Source of the DNA: a virus
Virus record (IMG/VR): IMGVR_UViG_3300045988_068528
Span: 24,822 to 88,821 of that record
Reading direction: 5' to 3' (one strand)
Length of the DNA stretch: 64,000 nucleotides
The notes beneath the pieces are model-generated. The model was not told the DNA's origin. It did no database searches and was given only the letters and a program-made list of their open reading frames with translations. Numbering within the stretch: the first letter of the stretch is position 1; each line of letters starts with the position of its first letter. Shown here piece after piece: positions 8,971 through 17,523 of this stretch. The translations under genes were made by a program, and so were the position numbers.

Positions 8971-9813
8971 TTAGGCTGCATCTTTCGGCTGTAAGCCGTG
9001 TTCTTTGATAACCTCTTCGATGAGGCCATCAGCATCTTCGAAGTACTCTCCCCAGCAGGAATCAATCTCCTCCCAGTCGTAGGAGTCAGAAGTGTCTCCG
9101 TCGTCGTACATTTTAGTGTAATGACGCTTCTTTTCAAGGACAAATCCTTTTACGTCACCCCACATCCATATACCAATATCCTTGACTTCGCTCTCAAACA
9201 GCTCGATGGCACGATTCTTCCAGTTCTTGGTATTCGTATCCACCATCTTCTTGAAGCGCTCTTTGTCACAATAGGCAACACCTTCTACGTAGTCTCCCTG
9301 GCAGTATCCTGTGGAAGACCACTCGTATATCACGATTTCGTAAGCTATGTCATCAAGCAGCCAGATCAAGTCCTCGTTGTTCATAGGCTCAATCATCTCT
9401 GCTCTCATGTCATAGTTCTTGATTTCGTCAGGAGTGAACTCTACCGAAGTCTTGTACGCCTCTCTGCTGTAGTAATAATCAAGTTCCCATACATGAGAGC
9501 TTCTATCATACGATAATTTAGCAGAGCGGTGCTTGTTGCTCTTCAGATATTTTACAAGACGATTCTGCGGAACATACTTGTATACAAGCTCACGGAGAGC
9601 ATCCTGCAAGCTGTGGTCGTTTGTGTCGTATTTTCTATCATATATTTCATCCCAGTTGCAGCCGTTACTTAATCTTCCACTACCACAACTGGTATACTCC
9701 CAAAGATACACACCTGCCAAATCCCATGCAGAGCAAGGCGATTCAGCATCCTCATCCTGGTAAATGGTGATTCTGTAATCACCGATTTCCTTCTTTGCAA
9801 ATTCGTAACTCAT
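8971..9813 (-). CDS. hypothetical protein (about 280 aa)
   Basis: Long ORF. An alternative ATG lies at 9825. The cassette variant ATGGTTTAA is at 9831. Confidence 0.75.
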   Translation of the reverse strand: MSYEFAKKEIGDYRITIYQDEDAESPCSAWDLAGVYLWEYTSCGSGRLSNGCNWDEIYDRKYDTNDHSLQDALRELVYKYVPQNRLVKYLKSNKHRSAKLSYDRSSHVWELDYYYSREAYKTSVEFTPDEIKNYDMRAEMIEPMNNEDLIWLLDDIAYEIVIYEWSSTGYCQGDYVEGVAYCDKERFKKMVDTNTKNWKNRAIELFESEVKDIGIWMWGDVKGFVLEKKRHYTKMYDDGDTSDSYDWEEIDSCWGEYFEDADGLIEEVIKEHGLQPKDAA

Positions 9814-9868
9814 ATCTAATATCATTTAAATGGTTTAACATTGAATATCCCCATGCTAGGGGATATTT

Positions 9869-10438
9869 TTAGGCTAATGTTTCCTCAAGAAGAGAATCAT
9901 ACTCTTCCTCTGTAACACCAAGATCGTCAGCGCTCATCACCTGTTTAAGCATCCAAGGATAAACTTTCTGCTTTCCCTCGCGCTCGGCAATATACTCGTC
10001 TATTGCGCACACGATATCAAGGTCTGATGATATATCGACATCACATCTATCTGGCACATCTGAGAATCCTCTCGTAACTGGAAACTCAAATGAGAATCCC
10101 TCTGCAATATCAGGCATAGGAATATCGGAATCAGGATTCTGTTTCCATGCGTTGAAAACCGAGGCATATTCTTTCTGCCACTTGCAATACTCTTCGTAAT
10201 CGTATGCGTGAGCCGTCACGTGACCATTCTCCTCGCTGATTGTCAATTCTACAGCATAAGGGAAATCGGTTGAATAATACGGCTTACAGAAAGCGCGACT
10301 TGAATACATACACTTGAATGTGTCAATCCAATCACACACTTTGCAATCTATATCGGTCTTGTCCTCTATAGAATCTGCATACTCATTAATCTCCTTGACT
10401 GTAAGCTTGTACTGAATCTTGTAAAATAGCTTTTCCAT
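9869..10438 (-). CDS. hypothetical protein (189 aa, acidic)
   Basis: ORF with a cassette variant at 10453. Confidence 0.75.
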   Translation of the reverse strand: MEKLFYKIQYKLTVKEINEYADSIEDKTDIDCKVCDWIDTFKCMYSSRAFCKPYYSTDFPYAVELTISEENGHVTAHAYDYEEYCKWQKEYASVFNAWKQNPDSDIPMPDIAEGFSFEFPVTRGFSDVPDRCDVDISSDLDIVCAIDEYIAEREGKQKVYPWMLKQVMSADDLGVTEEEYDSLLEETLA

Positions 10439-10490
10439 AATTCATCTGTTTAATGGTTCATAATGGTTCCCCACATTATCGTGGGGAGTT

Positions 10491-10730
10491 TTAGGCAGAA
10501 ACAACGAAACTCCAATAGGTTTTGTAGAAATACTTGTACGCTTCAAGCTCGTCCGTCTCTGGAACTTCTGATATTTCAAGCTTTCCGGTGTCCTTGCGTA
10601 AGTCGGCAACGGAAAATAAACCGTCGTGCGTCCACTTGATAAGATCCACACGTCTTGCTGAATTCTCTACAGACTCGACGATTTCACACTTCAGCAAATC
10701 GTCATTCAAAATTTTCTCTAAGTCACTCAT
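10491..10730 (-). CDS. hypothetical early protein (79 aa)
   Basis: The start MSDLEKI was chosen from the cassette (TTGGTTAA at 10744-10751). Confidence 0.65.
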   Translation of the reverse strand: MSDLEKILNDDLLKCEIVESVENSARRVDLIKWTHDGLFSVADLRKDTGKLEISEVPETDELEAYKYFYKTYWSFVVSA

Positions 10731-10793
10731 AATTCTGTAATCTTTGGTTAATAGAAATCCCAATTCCTGCTACAGAATTGGGAAATGTTTGGC

Positions 10794-11018
10794 TTAGAGC
10801 TTGTCGATATTCCAGTGTTCTATCTGAAACTCGTAGTCTCGATTGCTCGTACACTGCGACTGCATAATATCTCTCAGCTGTCTTACCTGCTCGTTAGTCG
10901 CTCCTTTCCAATGCGCCGCCCAACAGCATTTTTCTACAGAACTTCCTACAAATACCACCTCCATACTATTTGAGGAGTGCCAGCTGTCACATTTGTATAA
11001 AATATAGATTTCTTTCAT
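10794..11018 (-). CDS. hypothetical early protein (74 aa)
   Basis: ORF tightly packed after the upstream gene. The stop lies in TAAGCCAAAC. Confidence 0.6.
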   Translation of the reverse strand: MKEIYILYKCDSWHSSNSMEVVFVGSSVEKCCWAAHWKGATNEQVRQLRDIMQSQCTSNRDYEFQIEHWNIDKL

Positions 11019-11026
11019 AAGGCGAA

Positions 11027-11182
11027 TTAATTATAATTACACATTATTTCTGTCTCACTGATAATTTCAGCACAATGCTTGCAGCGATGGCACATTATGT
11101 AGCCTTTTGCCTGTAATTTGCTGAACTTCGGGTATGGGCATTTCTCACCCATACCGGCTCTCGTAATCTCAATTTTAATCAT
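11027..11182 (-). CDS. small Cys-rich protein, possible zinc ribbon (51 aa)
   Basis: Contains CPYPKF...CHRCKHC. The start was chosen from the cassette (TTGGTTAA at 11195). Confidence 0.5.
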   Translation of the reverse strand: MIKIEITRAGMGEKCPYPKFSKLQAKGYIMCHRCKHCAEIISETEIMCNYN

Positions 11183-11240
11183 ATTCAATCTGTATTGGTT
11201 AATAGAAATCCCCACCCGTGAGAGTGAAGATTGGTTTGGC

Positions 11241-11444
11241 TTAATACAGAAGAGCTCTGAAACAAAGCTTGTCGCTTATTACACCATCTTTCTGTAGCCC
11301 GTCCTTCCAGTCATTGAAAGTCATGTTCAAGTCAAGGTTGAACTTTGTCTTCTTGCCAGTGTAGTCGATACCACACTCGTCGCAAAACTGCCAGAATGCT
11401 TCACGAAGCTGCTTCTGGTTTGTGATCTGATATTTATTCGCCAT
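11241..11444 (-). CDS. hypothetical early protein (67 aa)
   Basis: ORF with the cassette TTGGTTAA at 11462-11469. Confidence 0.65.
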   Translation of the reverse strand: MANKYQITNQKQLREAFWQFCDECGIDYTGKKTKFNLDLNMTFNDWKDGLQKDGVISDKLCFRALLY

Positions 11445-11516
11445 AATTCAAATAATTTATCTTGGTTAAACAATAGAAGGCACGCTCAGACATGGGCGCA
11501 CCTTTTTAGGCAAATA

Positions 11517-11774
11517 CTACTCTTCTTCATCTTCATCCTCTTCCTCTTCTTCGTCTTCGTCAAGACAATAATAGCTGTCAATCTCATCTGTGCCGGAGTA
11601 GCCTTCATCTTTACACTGCTCGTAACTGCGTAGTCCTGTCTTGGCATAAATAATGTCTGTCATCGTTTCCTCGTTCAAGCCATTTATATACGAGACAAGT
11701 CTAACCTCGTCCTCTGTGGCGATATTGTTGTCAACAATGAAATCCCACAGCATAGCCTCAATACTTTCTTTCAT
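11517..11774 (-). CDS. hypothetical protein with a poly-Asp/Glu C-terminal tail
   Basis: 85-aa ORF ending in DEDEEEEEDEDEEE. A cassette variant TTTAGTTAA is at 11788. Confidence 0.65.
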   Translation of the reverse strand: MKESIEAMLWDFIVDNNIATEDEVRLVSYINGLNEETMTDIIYAKTGLRSYEQCKDEGYSGTDEIDSYYCLDEDEEEEEDEDEEE

Positions 11775-11832
11775 ATCCTTTGAATATTTAGTTAATAATA
11801 GCTCCCACGTGTCTCCACGCAGGATTTTTGGC

Positions 11833-12237
11833 TTAATAGAGATACTTGTCTGTGTTCACTCCAAGGATATAGGCGAGTTCAAGCATCTTCTTTGCTATAT
11901 TCTTGAACCAGTCTCCCACAAAATTGTGGTCATGGCATTTCCATAACTTTCCAATCTGCTCGATGTCGTAATCCGCAAACGCTATGTTTACGGTACTACA
12001 CAACCCTTGGAGCCAGTCTGTAAGCAGACTAAGACGTGATAATCTACGCTTGTCGTTCTTTACCATCTCCTCGTGGAACATCTTGAATGCGAACTCGATT
12101 TTCATCTTGTCGCTCAAGACGCTGACATCTACGTCGTTGGAGTGGATGGAATCCAATATATATGAATACCATTTCATATTCTGCTCACTCATCTCGGCAG
12201 CTGTTCTGATAGCTGCAATTTCCTGTTTTTCGTTCAT
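11833..12237 (-). CDS. hypothetical protein (134 aa)
   Basis: The start MNEKQEI was chosen from the cassette spacing. An alternative ATG lies at 12246. Confidence 0.7.
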   Translation of the reverse strand: MNEKQEIAAIRTAAEMSEQNMKWYSYILDSIHSNDVDVSVLSDKMKIEFAFKMFHEEMVKNDKRRLSRLSLLTDWLQGLCSTVNIAFADYDIEQIGKLWKCHDHNFVGDWFKNIAKKMLELAYILGVNTDKYLY

Positions 12238-12297
12238 AATTCTCATTTTTATGGTTCAACATGGTTTCTGCGCAGATAGGCTGCACAGAATGTTTGG

Positions 12298-12474
12298 CTA
12301 GAATTTGCGAGGGCGCATATAGGCACGCTCGATCTCCTGAGCTTTTCTGTCCACTCGTGCCGTACGTCTGAAATACTCGCTCTTGTCGAGTTTCTTTCTC
12401 GCACACTCCTCGCTGATAACCGCCTTGTGACTCGCTACGAGCCTTGCAAGGAATCTTCTGTCTCCGTCTGTCAT
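12298..12474 (-). CDS. small basic hypothetical protein (58 aa)
   Basis: Hand-translated MTDGDRRFLARLV...MRPRKF. It has the cassette TTGGTTAA at 12490-12497 and its stop lies in TAGCCAAAC. It replaces the off-frame track ORF 12185-12406. Confidence 0.5.
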   Translation of the reverse strand: MTDGDRRFLARLVASHKAVISEECARKKLDKSEYFRRTARVDRKAQEIERAYMRPRKF

Positions 12475-12519
12475 AATTCTGATTTTGATTTGGTTAATAA
12501 TTGGAGGCGTAGCAAATAA

Positions 12520-12684
12520 CTACGCCGGGTCTGGTCTAAAGCTGTACGTAAGAAGCCACTCGCAATTTAAGGCACTGTGGAAATCCCTTGCGGCTCTCTC
12601 TCCCCATCCTCGTGGTTTGTATGCGTCTTCTTTCAAATACTTCTCTACAAGCTTCTCTAGCTGAGTCTTTTCTTCTGCTGTCAT
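12520..12684 (-). CDS. small hypothetical protein (54 aa)
   Basis: The start MTAEEKT was chosen from the cassette (TTGGTTAA at 12698-12705). Confidence 0.5.
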   Translation of the reverse strand: MTAEEKTQLEKLVEKYLKEDAYKPRGWGERAARDFHSALNCEWLLTYSFRPDPA

Positions 12685-12741
12685 AATATATTCTGTTTTG
12701 GTTAATAGCAGGCAGCACATTATCGTACTGCCCAGTTCTGG

Positions 12742-13011
12742 CTAGAGATTGTACAGCGGGCTTTCGGAAGCATACAGAATCGTAGGACCGGTGAGGATGG
12801 AGAATGCACAAGGGTCGAAACTTTCGATTTTCTTCATGCTCTCGATATGCTTCTGAATTTCTGCTCGTATGGATGACAGACTCAATCTGCCATCAACTGG
12901 CAAGATAGAATCCATACCAGTCATTTCCACGATACTGAAATCATCTGTAAATCTCATGTTCACAAGGTCAAACTTGTTAATCTTGTGATAAAATTGTACC
13001 CATTTACTCAT
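12742..13011 (-). CDS. hypothetical early protein (89 aa)
   Basis: ORF with the cassette TTGGTTTA at 13024. Confidence 0.65.
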   Translation of the reverse strand: MSKWVQFYHKINKFDLVNMRFTDDFSIVEMTGMDSILPVDGRLSLSSIRAEIQKHIESMKKIESFDPCAFSILTGPTILYASESPLYNL

Positions 13012-13060
13012 AATTCTACATTTTTGGTTTATAGGAGAGGGAGAAATAACTCCCTCAAAT

Positions 13061-13336
13061 TCAGGCTGTGTGCTCCTTGATGAAATCCGTGAGATCTGCT
13101 AACTCGGAATCAATTTCCTCACGGCTATCTACGCAGGACAGATTTAGATAAAGGGCATCATCGACGGAAACATTTGTATACACGGAAATATATTCTCCTT
13201 TTTTGCCCACGCTTATCTCGAAGATCAGCTTCTCGTTACCAAACAAGTCACGCTGCATCTCCTGCAATCTAGGCAGGACCACCTTGCGCAGATAGTCTCT
13301 GCACTCTTCCCATTTAGGGTACTCTAATTTCTTCAT
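13061..13336 (-). CDS. hypothetical early protein (91 aa)
   Basis: The start MKKLEYP was chosen from the cassette (TTGGTGAA at 13349). Confidence 0.65.
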   Translation of the reverse strand: MKKLEYPKWEECRDYLRKVVLPRLQEMQRDLFGNEKLIFEISVGKKGEYISVYTNVSVDDALYLNLSCVDSREEIDSELADLTDFIKEHTA

Positions 13337-13385
13337 AATCTTAAAATATTGGTGAATAGTATGCGTGACAATCGCCACGCACATT

Positions 13386-13562
13386 TTAGCCCATGCACAG
13401 CACCGCTATCTCCGAGAAACTTTTGGAGATAGCCTCCTTGCTACGATAATCTCTGTAGCCTCTAGTATTGTTGTTGTGCCACTGGCGTGCAGCAATTTTA
13501 ATTTTCTCCATCTCGTGGAGCAATGCACGTTCGAAGTTCTTTTGTGATTTTCTGTCTTGCAT
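13386..13562 (-). CDS. small basic hypothetical protein (58 aa)
   Basis: The start MQDRKSQ was chosen from the cassette variant at 13578. Confidence 0.5.
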   Translation of the reverse strand: MQDRKSQKNFERALLHEMEKIKIAARQWHNNNTRGYRDYRSKEAISKSFSEIAVLCMG

Positions 13563-13624
13563 AATTCTTCCGTTTAAATGGTTTAACATAGTATGCCCAG
13601 GAAAATGCCTGAGCACATTTTTGG

Positions 13625-13954
13625 CTACTCGTACTTGTTGAGCATGAAAATCATAATAACACCATCGCCATTCTGGAGAGTCTGGCACTTGTTCTCGTCA
13701 TTCATTATGCTTTCGCATATTCTCTCAAAGAACGGATATGGGTCTCCGTCAATACTCTTGTAATACCATGCCATGTACGTACCAGGGATGAGAGGATAAG
13801 AATCCTCAGGATCTCCGCCGAATACGTCACACGCCTGTGTATCAATCAGAACACGACGTACAGAGAAATTGCCCTCAACTTCCTGTGCGTCCATTCCACG
13901 CAAGAGGTCGATAACCTCATTCTTGCTCAAATCTTGCTTTAATATTCTATCCAT
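13625..13954 (-). CDS. hypothetical early protein (109 aa)
   Basis: ORF with the cassette TTGGTTAA at 13969-13976. Confidence 0.7.
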   Translation of the reverse strand: MDRILKQDLSKNEVIDLLRGMDAQEVEGNFSVRRVLIDTQACDVFGGDPEDSYPLIPGTYMAWYYKSIDGDPYPFFERICESIMNDENKCQTLQNGDGVIMIFMLNKYE

Positions 13955-14016
13955 ATTTCTCTAATAATTTGGTTAATACTAGATACCGCCCGAATATCTC
14001 CAAGCGGTAGTTTTGG

Positions 14017-14226
14017 CTAGTCACAGATATCCTCTATCTGCTGATGGATGGCATCTATCATTATGCAGATAATAAATAGACCGCACATTTCAAGAACCGC
14101 AGAATATAAAACGGCTTGAAAATCTCCAAGCACAAATCCTACGATGGCAATGAAACCACATACGAAACTTGTAACTAATACGAGCGCAGCAGATAGCACG
14201 CCCTTTCTTACGATATACTTTTCCAT
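14017..14226 (-). CDS. small membrane protein (two hydrophobic helices)
   Basis: 69-aa ORF that is largely hydrophobic. A cassette variant is at 14242. Confidence 0.6.
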   Translation of the reverse strand: MEKYIVRKGVLSAALVLVTSFVCGFIAIVGFVLGDFQAVLYSAVLEMCGLFIICIMIDAIHQQIEDICD

Positions 14227-14328
14227 AATTCTCTTGTTTAACTGGTTATATTATCGTACTGCCTGGATTCCTCCAAGCAGAATTTAGGTAAATGTTTCCA
14301 AGCACAATTATCGTACTTTCCAAATCTC

Positions 14329-14562
14329 TCACGCTCCAGGCAGTACGAAACTTTCCAAGCGGAGCGTGGATCGCCACAGCTCACGGAAATACCACTTGCC
14401 CTTTTTCGTACTGCTCCAAATATTCACAAGCAGAATTCCGTAAAGAATTCCAAGCAGAATTACGATAATATTCGTACTTGCCAAGCAGATGAATATTGGC
14501 GATGTCTGAATAAATCCAAGCACAATTATCGTACTTGAATAAATAATCTGTCTTGCTTTCAT
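14329..14562 (-). CDS. small membrane protein (77 aa)
   Basis: The start MKARQII was chosen from the cassette (14575). Hydrophobic segments carry repeated STIIVLG / NIIVILLG peptides. Confidence 0.55.
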   Translation of the reverse strand: MKARQIIYSSTIIVLGFIQTSPIFICLASTNIIVILLGILYGILLVNIWSSTKKGKWYFRELWRSTLRLESFVLPGA

Positions 14563-14627
14563 ATCTATATTTAATTGGTAATTGTTCCGTAGCCACACAC
14601 GACAATTATCGTACTGGCTACGGATTT

Positions 14628-14756
14628 TTAGGCTAGAAACAGAGCTAGAGTATTATTGCGCCACGAGATAAACTCCACACGATTGTATATGGTCTGTCTG
14701 TCTGCAATAATTCTCTCCATCATTCTCTGTCCTCTGCAATCGAAATTCTGTATCAT
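14628..14756 (-). CDS. possible small protein (42 aa)
   Basis: Hand-translated MIQNFDCRGQRMMERII... A cassette variant is at 14772. Short and unsupported otherwise. Confidence 0.3.
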   Translation of the reverse strand: MIQNFDCRGQRMMERIIADRQTIYNRVEFISWRNNTLALFLA

Positions 14757-15626
14757 AATCTATATGTTTAAATGGTTTGTAATTGTAGGGCGGAGATTTC
14801 TCGCCGCCCCGTTAGCCAGGATGTGCATCTTTGCACCACGTTTTATCTTTATCGTCTTAACTACGTGGCTCACACCCTACAGATTTTATGCTTCTGCCAG
14901 CAGCTTGTTTATTTCTGAGGAGATAAATCTCGCACGGATGACAAGCAACCGCTTTCAGAAAGTGTGTTTTATATTCGCCAGCCCACACTTTAAAAACTCT
15001 GGGCGAATATGATGTGCAGGAAAATCCCTACAACGGAAACCACTCCACGTGCCATCCAACACGTAGCCTTTCAGGATATCTCGTATCCCTTAACCCGCAG
15101 CCAACGGGATAGAATATGAATTATGATTTCTTTCTAATTTCTCCCGGTACGCCTTATAATCACACTGCGCCCGTATCGCACAACTTTCGTTCTGTCTCCA
15201 TTCGTACCCTTGCCGTCGGTTAGCCTTCAATCCTCGCAAGGTCGTTTGACCGCCTCGCTCCTGTGCCTGTGCTCCCTGTGTCCGCTCCTGTGATACGCTC
15301 CACAGAAATCTCAGTCTCTTATATTCTGTTTCACGTATCACGGAGAGACACCGCTCGCCGCCGGTAGTTGGTACGTCTGAGGATGACCGCCCCAGTTGTG
15401 CCGCCTAAAAAATATTTCGTATGTTTCGCTAGATTTTCCGCTTGAAAATCTAACAGACAAGTTACGTTTTCAATTTTAGCCACAATTAAAAATTGTGTTT
15501 ATCCTACATACCACGAAAAGGTATTGAAAAATAATGTAGGGAAAATTTATATTGAAACAATTCTGAAAAATAAATCTAAAAAAAATATTCTAGAAAAAAT
15601 CTTTCTAGAATATAGGCACGAAAAAA
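14757..15626 (-). other. second ORF-poor, hairpin-containing tract (possible non-coding RNA or regulatory region)
   Basis: About 870 nt without a cassette-type gene. GCTCC(C)TGTG occurs three times at 15257-15292. Hairpins lie at 15290-15341 and 14971-15010. Confidence 0.25.
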
Positions 15627-15655
15627 TAAGGTAGTGGAAAAATCCCACTACCTTA
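15627..15655 (-). terminator. intrinsic terminator after the 15663-16220 gene
   Basis: Perfect 11-bp stem TAAGGTAGTGG / CCACTACCTTA. It is followed on the minus strand by a T-run (plus-strand AAAAAA at 15621-15626). Confidence 0.6.
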
Positions 15656-15662
15656 TTTATTG

Positions 15663-16220
15663 TTACTTTGTTGCTGCTTTCTTTGCTTTTTCACGGTCTG
15701 CTCTCATTTTTGCGACCATTTTTTCAAACTCACTATCAGAAAGTACACTAGTATCTGCATTTTCGAGTCTTGCTTTAGCTGCTGCTTTCGCTGCCTTTTT
15801 CTCGCTTGCTGCCTTTCTAGCTGCATTTTTTCCGCTTATATAGGTAGCATACAAATTGTTAAGGAAACTAAGTAAACGTGTTTCTGTATCAGTACAAATA
15901 TCTGAAATTTCTTGTAATTTGTGATTTTTTGCAACCCATACAAGGAAATCGAAATCCTCCTTAAGCTCTGCAAACTCCTTAATTGCTCTTTGCAGAATAT
16001 TAGTCTGAATATCTCCTAAATTAGTGCGCAAAAGATACTCATTTTCTGTTCTCTTATAAGCTGCTACTGCTGCTGCCTTTTTGGCTGCTGCAATTGCTAA
16101 CTCACTATCTGTAACTGCTAACTGATTGTTTACGTGTTCCTCTTTAATTGCAGAAACGCCCAAAACATCATTTGCGAAATTGGAAATAATTGCACTTTCA
16201 ATCTGTTCATTTGTCTTCAT
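15663..16220 (-). CDS. Lys/Ala-rich (AKKA-type repeat) protein, possibly DNA-binding
   Basis: ORF with the true ATG at MKTNEQ. The track start is a GTG. It contains AAAKKAAAVAAYK and KKAAKAAAKA stretches, and has its own promoter-like box and terminator. Confidence 0.7.
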   Translation of the reverse strand: MKTNEQIESAIISNFANDVLGVSAIKEEHVNNQLAVTDSELAIAAAKKAAAVAAYKRTENEYLLRTNLGDIQTNILQRAIKEFAELKEDFDFLVWVAKNHKLQEISDICTDTETRLLSFLNNLYATYISGKNAARKAASEKKAAKAAAKARLENADTSVLSDSEFEKMVAKMRADREKAKKAATK

Positions 16221-16348
16221 AATAACTCCTAGCACTTATTTAAACCCCTTGCAATCGGGCATTAATATGAATTGTTTCAATGTGTCGTACGGGGTCGCAC
16301 CGCACACCTACACTTAGGTGTCCTTTTGCTATTCTTCAATAGCTGCTG

Positions 16349-16356
16349 CAAAGGTA
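16349..16356 (-). promoter_or_regulatory. candidate Bacteroidota-type -7 box (TACCTTTG), leftward
   Basis: The plus strand reads CAAAGGTA. It lies upstream of the 16220 start. Confidence 0.35.
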
Positions 16357-17388
16357 CAAACAATCTTTTAAACTCTTGTAAATAATTCCGAAAATATTTG
16401 TTAGTTTATGCTTTTTTAACTCTTTTGTAACTTACTAGTATTTATGTACGTTTGCGCTTTATAGTCTTCTAATATGGGATATAGCTAAAAAGCCCTTTAT
16501 TTGCCGTTTAAGGGCTTTTTAATAGTGTTCCTTACTATTAATAAGGTATGCAGATTAAACCCTCTTAAATCTCAAATTTGACTATATATCATCAAAAACA
16601 AAAAAAATGTAATACGTATTACAAAGGTATAGTCTTTTATCTTTGCACTTTATATTCTTCTATTGTACGTATTGAAAATGCAACCAGTTAGAAAATAGTT
16701 AGAATAATATATAACAAAATATATGCTTTATAACATATCGAAAATGGTAATTACATACAACAAATAATATGTTATATAGCATTTATAAGGTAATAACATA
16801 TAACAAAAAGGGGGTAAATTCTAGAAAATAGCTAAATTCTCATAACTACCTAATAATCAGCTATTTAGATAGTGTAATTTTACACTATAGTGCTTTTATG
16901 TTAGTTTATGCTAGTAAAATAAGGGTGAAATAATATGTAAAGGTATGGAAATAAAATGCAAGCTAAATGGCTGATTATTAGAGGGTTACAAGAATTTTGG
17001 GATATTATAAACCAACATTTTTAAATGTAAAGAAAATATACTCATTTTGATAGTTTATACTATATAAACCAATGCAATTTGTAATAACTTTTCATGAAGC
17101 ACCCCCGCACCCCCTTTGCAGCCCATAAATCCAGCGGGTAGTCACCTCTTCTAAAAATTTTTTCTTCCGATTTTTCGACCTTCTTGTAAATTAAACTTAC
17201 TTCGCCTTTAGAAAGTATATTTATGCATATTCATGCACTCACCTATTTTTAACATTTGGCAACATTAACTCCCATATTGGTGAGCAAAACCATAAATGTA
17301 TATCTATTATTCATTAAATGTATACTCAAAATGTATATTTATACCCTTTATTTACTAGTGTTTTAGCGTATATTCAGGATATTATCTG

Positions 17389-17396
17389 TATCTTTG
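17389..17396 (+). promoter_or_regulatory. candidate -7 box (TATCTTTG), rightward
   Basis: Matches TAnnTTTG about 130 nt upstream of the 17524 ATG. Confidence 0.35.
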
Positions 17397-17523
17397 TACT
17401 GTCCTATTTTTAATGGTGACAAGTTGTAAGGACGAGCTGACACGTGTTATCCGTCAGAAATCCCCTGTTTATCGGGGTAAATCCTACACAATAACGCAAA
17501 ATTAATATTATTATTGTACACAG

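Larger units (their letters stand above)
16236..17523. promoter_or_regulatory. AT-rich divergent control region (possible origin or operator region)
   Basis: 1.29 kb without ORFs. It holds several TAnnTTTG boxes on both strands and repeated TATAACA(TAT) elements in both orientations around 16700-16810. Confidence 0.5.

Noticed and set aside
12185-12406. 73-aa track ORF
   Set aside because: It is off-frame. The cassette-flanked 58-aa ORF 12298-12474 fits the start and stop motifs better.
15090-15341. 83-aa minus-strand ORF in the second ORF-poor island
   Set aside because: It has low-complexity Arg/Gln/Gly-rich content, no start cassette and no stop motif. It overlaps the repeat and hairpin structures.
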